From the NCBI GenBank assembly GCA_050250855.1, contig JBFWNW010000002.1, positions 1-64,000 on the forward strand: DNA of 64,000 nucleotides. Reading direction: 5' to 3'. The translations under genes and the position numbers were made by a program. The notes under the pieces are model-generated. The model made no database searches and had not been told where the DNA came from. It saw nothing but the letters and a program-made list of their open reading frames with translations. This document shows positions 58,646 through 64,000 of this stretch, in pieces. The stretch is from Candidatus Babeliales bacterium. Lineage in GTDB: Bacteria > Babelota > Babeliae > Babelales > JACPOV01. Position 1 is the stretch's first letter, and each line of letters starts with the position of its first letter.

Positions 58646-59884
58646 CTACTTTTTACAAAGAGTAAATGCTTTACAAAGATCGGATACCGCCTTCTTTATG
58701 GCAGCAACCTTTTGCTGATTATCTCGATGCATAATGGCGTCATCTATAAGCTGTGCAATCTGTTCCATCTGAGCCTCTTTCATGCCACGAGTAGTTACTG
58801 CTGGCGTTCCTATGCGAATACCACTCGTAATCCATGGTGGCTGCGTATCAAAAGGTACACAACTACGAGAAATCGAAATTCCTACGGCATTAAGAGCTTG
58901 TTCTCCTATCTGACCATTTAAATCTTTTGAACGCATATCAACAATAAGCATATGATTATCAGTGCCACCGGCAACAAGACGATATCCCATAGTGTGTAAT
59001 GCTTGCGCTATTGTTTTTGCATTTACAAGAACCTGTTTTTGATACTGAGTAAATGGTTCTTGCAATGCTTCATGAAATGCTACCGCTTTTGCTGCAATAA
59101 TATTCATAAAGGGACCGCCCTGCAAACCAGGCATAATAGCTTTATCAACTTTTGGTCCAAATTCATTCTTGCACATAATTAAACCACCGCGTGGTCCACG
59201 TAATGTTTTGTGTGTTGTACTCGTAATAAAATCCGCAAGACCTACAGGACTTTCATGCAAACCAGTAGCAACTAGGCCGGCTATATGAGCAATATCGGCC
59301 ATAAAATAAGCACCTACACTTTGTGCTATTTGAGTAAATTTTTTAAAGTTAATAGGTCGAGAATAGGCTGATGCACCTGCTATAATTAGCTTTGGTTTAT
59401 GCTCTTGAGCTAATCTTTCAATCTCATCATAATCAAGCTGCTCTGTTTGCTTATCAACAGTATATTGAATACTTTTATAAAACTTTCCTGAAAAGCTTAC
59501 TTTATGACCATGAGTTAAGTGACCTCCTTCTGCAAGAGACATTCCCATAATGGTATCCCCAAGTTCAAGCGCTGTATAAAAAACTGCCATATTTGCTTGA
59601 GAGCCAGCATGAGGCTGTACATTAACATGTTCTGCCCCAAAAAGTTTTTTGCACCGCTCTTGCGCTAAGCTTTCAGCATTATCAACAAATTCACAGCCGC
59701 CATAATAACGCTTTCCAGGATATCCTTCGGCATATTTATTGGTTAAAACCGATCCTGTTGCTTGCATAACAGCCTGAGATGTATAATTTTCAGAAGCAAT
59801 AAGATCTAGTGTTGTTTCTTGGCGGTTTTCTTCATCTTGTATAATAGAAAAGATCTCTGGGTCTATATTTTTTAAAAAATTCAT
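58646..59884 (-). CDS. glyA: Serine hydroxymethyltransferase
   Basis: LIASEN, NKYAEGYPGKRYYGG, GGHLTHG, TTHKTLRGPRGG, SGIRIGTPA. Confidence 0.98.
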   Translation of the reverse strand: MNFLKNIDPEIFSIIQDEENRQETTLDLIASENYTSQAVMQATGSVLTNKYAEGYPGKRYYGGCEFVDNAESLAQERCKKLFGAEHVNVQPHAGSQANMAVFYTALELGDTIMGMSLAEGGHLTHGHKVSFSGKFYKSIQYTVDKQTEQLDYDEIERLAQEHKPKLIIAGASAYSRPINFKKFTQIAQSVGAYFMADIAHIAGLVATGLHESPVGLADFITSTTHKTLRGPRGGLIMCKNEFGPKVDKAIMPGLQGGPFMNIIAAKAVAFHEALQEPFTQYQKQVLVNAKTIAQALHTMGYRLVAGGTDNHMLIVDMRSKDLNGQIGEQALNAVGISISRSCVPFDTQPPWITSGIRIGTPAVTTRGMKEAQMEQIAQLIDDAIMHRDNQQKVAAIKKAVSDLCKAFTLCKK

Positions 59885-59946
59885 TTTTTTCCCTTTTTTA
59901 CAACTTTTTATAAAGTGTAAAACAGAAGAAAATCATTCGCAAACAA

Positions 59947-59981
59947 ATAAATAGGCCCAAGAAATTCTTAGGCCTATTTAT
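59947..59981 (-). terminator. Intrinsic terminator for the DUF1328 gene
   Basis: ATAAATAGGCC..AAGAA-A-TTCTT..GGCCTATTTAT hairpin; T-rich tail on the minus strand. Confidence 0.65.
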
Positions 59982-60000
59982 AAGTATTTTATTATTAAAA

Positions 60001-60180
60001 TTAATTAAGACGAGGGGGTTTGCCGCCAAACATATACACTAACAAGCTCACACCAAACAATACTAAAAAAAGCCAAAATAAGGTTTGAGCTATATTGGCA
60101 AATGCTATTGCCAAGCCACCAAAACCAAATATACCTGCTACAAGAGCTAAAACAAAAAATAACGCTACATAATAGAGCAT
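60001..60180 (-). CDS. DUF1328 / UPF0391 (YtjA-like) small membrane protein
   Basis: Below ORF-track cutoff. Hand translation [59 protein letters not shown] (59 aa); AAGGAG RBS. Confidence 0.9.
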   Translation of the reverse strand: MLYYVALFFVLALVAGIFGFGGLAIAFANIAQTLFWLFLVLFGVSLLVYMFGGKPPRLN

Positions 60181-60309
60181 ATCTTCTCCTTTAGGATTTT
60201 ATTTTTAAAATGATAGTAACTTTTATGATGCACAAACAAGAGTTTTGTATTTTTTATAAAAATCCTTGTTTATAGCACATTCATAACGGTAAAATAAAAA
60301 AGAAAAGCT

Positions 60310-60825
60310 ATGAATAAACAATGGTTATTCTTATTATTTTTTAGCATAAGTGGCATGGAAAAACCCCTAGTTACTTCTTCAAGCAAAAATGGCAATAACC
60401 TGAATGGTTGTTTTATAAAAATAACAAATAAAAATGAAGAATTTTTTGAAGCCCATTTTTCAAGTAATTATTTTTTAAATAATGAACATCTTTGGCTTAA
60501 CCGAGAAAAACCTTCTCATCCCGATGAATATCATAGATTAACATCCATATATCATTGCGTTCCCTTAGAACTTTCTTCTCAACAAATAACAAAATGGTTT
60601 GAAAGTTATGTTGAATTTATTGGCTACCAATTTACTACTGATCAAACATTAGAACCCTACTCTTTAATACAAAAAACAAAGCATTTACTTTCTCTTGCCA
60701 AGCTACATATTGCTCAACTACAACAAGCAAAAAAGAATCCACTTTATGACAAAAAATACACTATTAATAAAAGTGATCTTGAAAAAATAGAAGATAAAAT
60801 TATTGAATTTGAAACAAGTTGGTAA
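60310..60825 (+). CDS. Hypothetical exported protein
   Basis: Short signal-like peptide MNKQWLFLLFFSISG followed by MEKP. Confidence 0.7.
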   Translation: MNKQWLFLLFFSISGMEKPLVTSSSKNGNNLNGCFIKITNKNEEFFEAHFSSNYFLNNEHLWLNREKPSHPDEYHRLTSIYHCVPLELSSQQITKWFESYVEFIGYQFTTDQTLEPYSLIQKTKHLLSLAKLHIAQLQQAKKNPLYDKKYTINKSDLEKIEDKIIEFETSW

Positions 60826-60856
60826 AAAGTTGTATAGTAAGAGTAGGAGAAAAAAG

Positions 60857-61315
60857 ATGAACCTACTCACTAAAATAATAGTAGCTATTATCCTCAGTGT
60901 TACCGTCGAATTAATAGCAGCACAAGAAGCTCAACAAAAACTTGCTACATTCCTAAAAACAGATGCAAATTACAAAAAAGCAAAAACTAAAATAAAACAT
61001 TTGCTAGAAAAAGGTGCAAAATTAGATGTATCTATAGATAACCCCTTATTAATTGCTATAGAAGCTGATAGCCCTATCATGATTTTAGCTCTTCATAAAA
61101 ATGGAACTCATCTAAAAATACCTTATAATCACCAAGAAATGGAAGCACACCGCCTAGCAGACTTATTGGGAAAATCAGAAGAAACAAAGCTTCTTGTTCA
61201 CAACCTTATGCTCATTAATATATTCAAAAATAAAGCATTATCAAAAACACAAGAAAATCTCTATTTTGAGACCCTAAAAGCAATCAACAAAGTAAAAGAA
61301 ATAGGTTTGCCCTAG
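60857..61315 (+). CDS. Hypothetical exported protein with ankyrin-like segment
   Basis: Signal-like N-terminus; IKHLLEKGAKLD...NPLLIAIE. Start moved to ATG 60857 (AGGAG RBS). Confidence 0.65.
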   Translation: MNLLTKIIVAIILSVTVELIAAQEAQQKLATFLKTDANYKKAKTKIKHLLEKGAKLDVSIDNPLLIAIEADSPIMILALHKNGTHLKIPYNHQEMEAHRLADLLGKSEETKLLVHNLMLINIFKNKALSKTQENLYFETLKAINKVKEIGLP

Positions 61316-61424
61316 AATTAGTATACTATAAATAGCCTGAAAAGAGACTTCTATTGCTTTTTTCTATAGCTTATTTATACTTAATTTAAGCTATTTTTAC
61401 CATTATACATACAAAGGGGTACCC

Positions 61425-61991
61425 GTGATTTCTGCCGGAGATTTGCGCAAAGGAAGCAAAGTTCTTTATAAAGATGAGCCACATATTGTTGTTGACTTTC
61501 AACATACCAAACCTGGAAAAGGCCCTGCTTATATTAAAGCAAAACTAAAAAATTTGATTACTGGCCTATTAATTGAGGCAACCTTCCGCTCCGTAGAAAA
61601 AATCCCTACCCCTGATCTTGCGTATAGAAATATGCAATATCTCTATCAAGAAGACAATCACTATAACTTCCTTGATCAAGAAAGTTATGAACAGATAACG
61701 CTTTCTGAAGACCAAATAGCTGACGTAAAAGACTATCTTAAAGAAGAAATCGTCTATATTGTTCTTAATTTTAATGATAAACCTATTGCCGTAACTCCCC
61801 CTATTTTTGTTGAGCTTGAAGTTAAAGAAACTCAAGCCGGTGTACGTGGCGATACTGCACAAGGCGGGGCTACAAAGCCTGCAACCCTAGAAACAGGACT
61901 TGTTCTCCAAGTTCCTCTTTTTATTAATGAGGGAGATATTATTAAGGTAGATACTCGTGACGGCAAATATATCGAACGTATTAACAAATAA
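61425..61991 (+). CDS. efp: Elongation factor P
   Basis: KPGKGPA, RGDTA, KPATLETG, VPLFINEG, VDTRDGKY. Confidence 0.97.
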   Translation: MISAGDLRKGSKVLYKDEPHIVVDFQHTKPGKGPAYIKAKLKNLITGLLIEATFRSVEKIPTPDLAYRNMQYLYQEDNHYNFLDQESYEQITLSEDQIADVKDYLKEEIVYIVLNFNDKPIAVTPPIFVELEVKETQAGVRGDTAQGGATKPATLETGLVLQVPLFINEGDIIKVDTRDGKYIERINK

Positions 61992-62010
61992 TAATGAGCA
62001 AATAACACCT

Positions 62011-62496
62011 ATGTGTAACAATCATCCAGAACACGAACATCCTACATCGTTTGCTGAGCTTTCTGCCCGCGACAAACGAGCAGTACTTTTTCACATCCTT
62101 TATGCAGCAGAAAGCTATGATTATCAAGCAAGCATAGAATCTATAGTTGACAATCTTAACCGTGGCTTTGAGCTTGATATTCCTCTTGATGACCCTATTG
62201 TCATTATAGCAGCCAATATTATTGAGTTGCGCGATAATCTTGATGATACCTACAAGCCATTTCTTACTAACTGGCGTTTTGACCGCATAGGAGTTCCTAC
62301 TAAGCTTATTTTGCGCTATGCAGTATGGGAGCTTTTGCATACTACTATTCCAACAACCATTATTATCAATGAAGCCATAGAGCTTGCCAAAGCATTTGGT
62401 GAAAAAGATTCTTATAAGTTTATTAATGGTGTTTTGGATGAATTAGTAAAAAAATTACCAGCAAGACAACAAAAGGAAGGGCCTGATAATCCATAA
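62011..62496 (+). CDS. nusB: Transcription antitermination factor NusB
   Basis: NWRFDRI, ILRYAVWEL, IINEAIELAKAFG, FINGVLD. Start uncertain; ATG 62011 chosen. Confidence 0.92.
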   Translation: MCNNHPEHEHPTSFAELSARDKRAVLFHILYAAESYDYQASIESIVDNLNRGFELDIPLDDPIVIIAANIIELRDNLDDTYKPFLTNWRFDRIGVPTKLILRYAVWELLHTTIPTTIIINEAIELAKAFGEKDSYKFINGVLDELVKKLPARQQKEGPDNP

Positions 62497-62508
62497 AAGA
62501 AAGGAAGT

Positions 62509-63603
62509 ATGAAGCCTCTTTACGATCTTGAAAAATCATTTGAAGAGAATTTTTATCAAGGACCACTTTTTAATGGCGCTATTCCCGAACGCATCAAGCC
62601 TCCAAAATCTGCATGGATTTCTTTTTGTGATTATCAAATTGCATCTCCCCTTGGCATAGCAGCCTGTCCCTTAGGAACAAGTAAAGGAATAGCACTCATG
62701 TCCCAACTTGGGTTTGATGTGCTTACGTATAAAACAGTACGCAGCGTTGCATTCAAAGCCCATAAAAATCCCAATATTTGCTATGTTGCGTGCAATGAGT
62801 TTTTAAATTCCCATCATATCGGCAGCACATGGCATCAAACAGATAAACCATCTGGCATGCTTGCTATCAGCAATTCATTTGGCAATGCTTCCTATGATTG
62901 GCCGGTAATGCATGAGGATATTGTAAAAGCGCGTAGTACACTTTCTGAAGGACAAATTCTCATTGTTTCCGTTTTTGGTACAGAACAAAAAAATATTTCT
63001 TACGTAGAAGATTTTGCTTATACTGCGTCTTTGGCTCAACAAGCAGGAGCTCATATTATTGAGCTCAATCTATCCTGCCCCAATATTAAAACATGTAAAC
63101 CTATGCATGAAGAACCCGAGACTGTTTTTGCCATAGCACAAAAAGTTGCTCGCGCTATTTCAATTCCCTTTATTATAAAAGTTGGTGTTTTTTCATCGCC
63201 AGAATTATTAAAAAAAACTCTTATAGCTTCTGCAAAAGCTGGCGCACGTGGTATTTGTGGCATCAATACACTACCTATTTGCGTAATAACTCATGATAAT
63301 AAACCATACTTTGGCACTACACGAGAGGTAAGCGGTCTTTCTGGAGATCCTGTGCGTACCATTGCTCTTGATTTTGTACGCGCTGCTCAAAAAATAATCA
63401 CGCAAGAAAAGCTAGATCTCTCTATCTTGGCTACAGGAGGCACAACACAAGCTTTTCATTTTCAAGAATTTCTTAATACAGGCGCAAACATCGCTCTGAG
63501 TGCTACTGGTGCTTTATGGAATCCGTACCTTGCCGTTGAATATTATCAGCAGTATACTGCACCTGAATATAACTCCATAAAAAAAGGATCTATGTATGTA
63601 TAA
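62509..63603 (+). CDS. Dihydroorotate dehydrogenase-like FMN enzyme
   Basis: PLGIAA, YKT, ELNLSCPN catalytic loop, IIKVG, GINT, SGLSG, ATGG; coupled to pyrE. Confidence 0.8.
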   Translation: MKPLYDLEKSFEENFYQGPLFNGAIPERIKPPKSAWISFCDYQIASPLGIAACPLGTSKGIALMSQLGFDVLTYKTVRSVAFKAHKNPNICYVACNEFLNSHHIGSTWHQTDKPSGMLAISNSFGNASYDWPVMHEDIVKARSTLSEGQILIVSVFGTEQKNISYVEDFAYTASLAQQAGAHIIELNLSCPNIKTCKPMHEEPETVFAIAQKVARAISIPFIIKVGVFSSPELLKKTLIASAKAGARGICGINTLPICVITHDNKPYFGTTREVSGLSGDPVRTIALDFVRAAQKIITQEKLDLSILATGGTTQAFHFQEFLNTGANIALSATGALWNPYLAVEYYQQYTAPEYNSIKKGSMYV

Positions 63604-64000
63604 TATTAAACAAGAACTTATCAAAGAATTATATAATGCTGGCGTTTTAAAATTTGGTACCTTCACGCTAAAAAGTGGTATGCAATCTCCTTACTATATT
63701 GATTTTCGTATTATTTTTTCGCATCCTGAACTTTTTGCACAACTTCTTGAGCTTGCATGGATCAAAATAGCAAACCTTGAATTTGACGCCTTTGCTGGTG
63801 TTCCATATGCGGCAGTTCCTTATGCTACAGGCCTTGCTTTATTGCATAAAAAACCTTTTATCATGATACGTAAAGCAGCAAAAGATCATGGTACAAAAAA
63901 TATGATTGAAGGATCTATTGAAAAAAACAGTTCCTGCTTGCTAATTGAAGATTTAACAACAACAGGCTCTAGTATTCTAGAAACTACAGAAATCTTAGAA
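63596..64000 (+). CDS. pyrE: Orotate phosphoribosyltransferase (partial, runs off the window)
   Basis: Hand translation from ATG 63596: MYNIKQELIKELYNAGVLKFGTFTLKSGMQSPYYIDFR...GVPYAA...RKAAKDHGT...LLIEDLTTTGSS. Confidence 0.93.
   Translation, partial: MYNIKQELIKELYNAGVLKFGTFTLKSGMQSPYYIDFRIIFSHPELFAQLLELAWIKIANLEFDAFAGVPYAAVPYATGLALLHKKPFIMIRKAAKDHGTKNMIEGSIEKNSSCLLIEDLTTTGSSILETTEILE

Noticed and set aside
1570..63266. Many 60-120 aa ORFs antisense to or nested within confident genes (e.g. 3162, 3975, 14613, 19681, 26639, 31317, 52948, 61981)
   Set aside because: Shadow ORFs overlapping well-supported genes, with no recognisable motif.

Overview
AT-rich, gene-dense bacterial chromosomal window. 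Many short signal-peptide-bearing orphan proteins, ankyrin-like and F-box-like segments and broken-up housekeeping operons suggest an intracellular protist parasite such as Dependentiae/Babelota (TM6); this assignment is inference. Housekeeping genes include mnmE, ruvA, orn, priA, polA, thyX, rpmA, secF, rho, gatB, glyA, efp, nusB, a pyrD-like gene, partial pyrE and tRNA-Gly(GCC). A ~20 kb glycan-modification island (36.9-56.6 kb) holds AsnB, GT2/GT4 enzymes, a Wzx-GT4 fusion, several methyltransferases, NodZ-like, STELLO-like and TylF-like enzymes, two GtrB-like enzymes and three paralogous GT-C-like membrane proteins. Most notable: (i) many enzymes that need cytoplasmic cofactors (ATP, SAM, nucleotide sugars, NAD(P)H) carry apparent export signals, including a membrane-anchored TrxR-Trx fusion that has lost the NADPH 2'-phosphate motif; (ii) a tandem two-domain D-Ala ligase whose halves carry different specificity residues (KY vs KF); (iii) a duplicated GtrB/GT-C-like module; (iv) a GH1 head-to-head with an MGDG-synthase-like GT28; (v) modular REP-like palindromic elements placed downstream of genes. 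No CRISPR array, rRNA, transposase or prophage was seen. All calls come from reading motifs by eye; no database searches were run.
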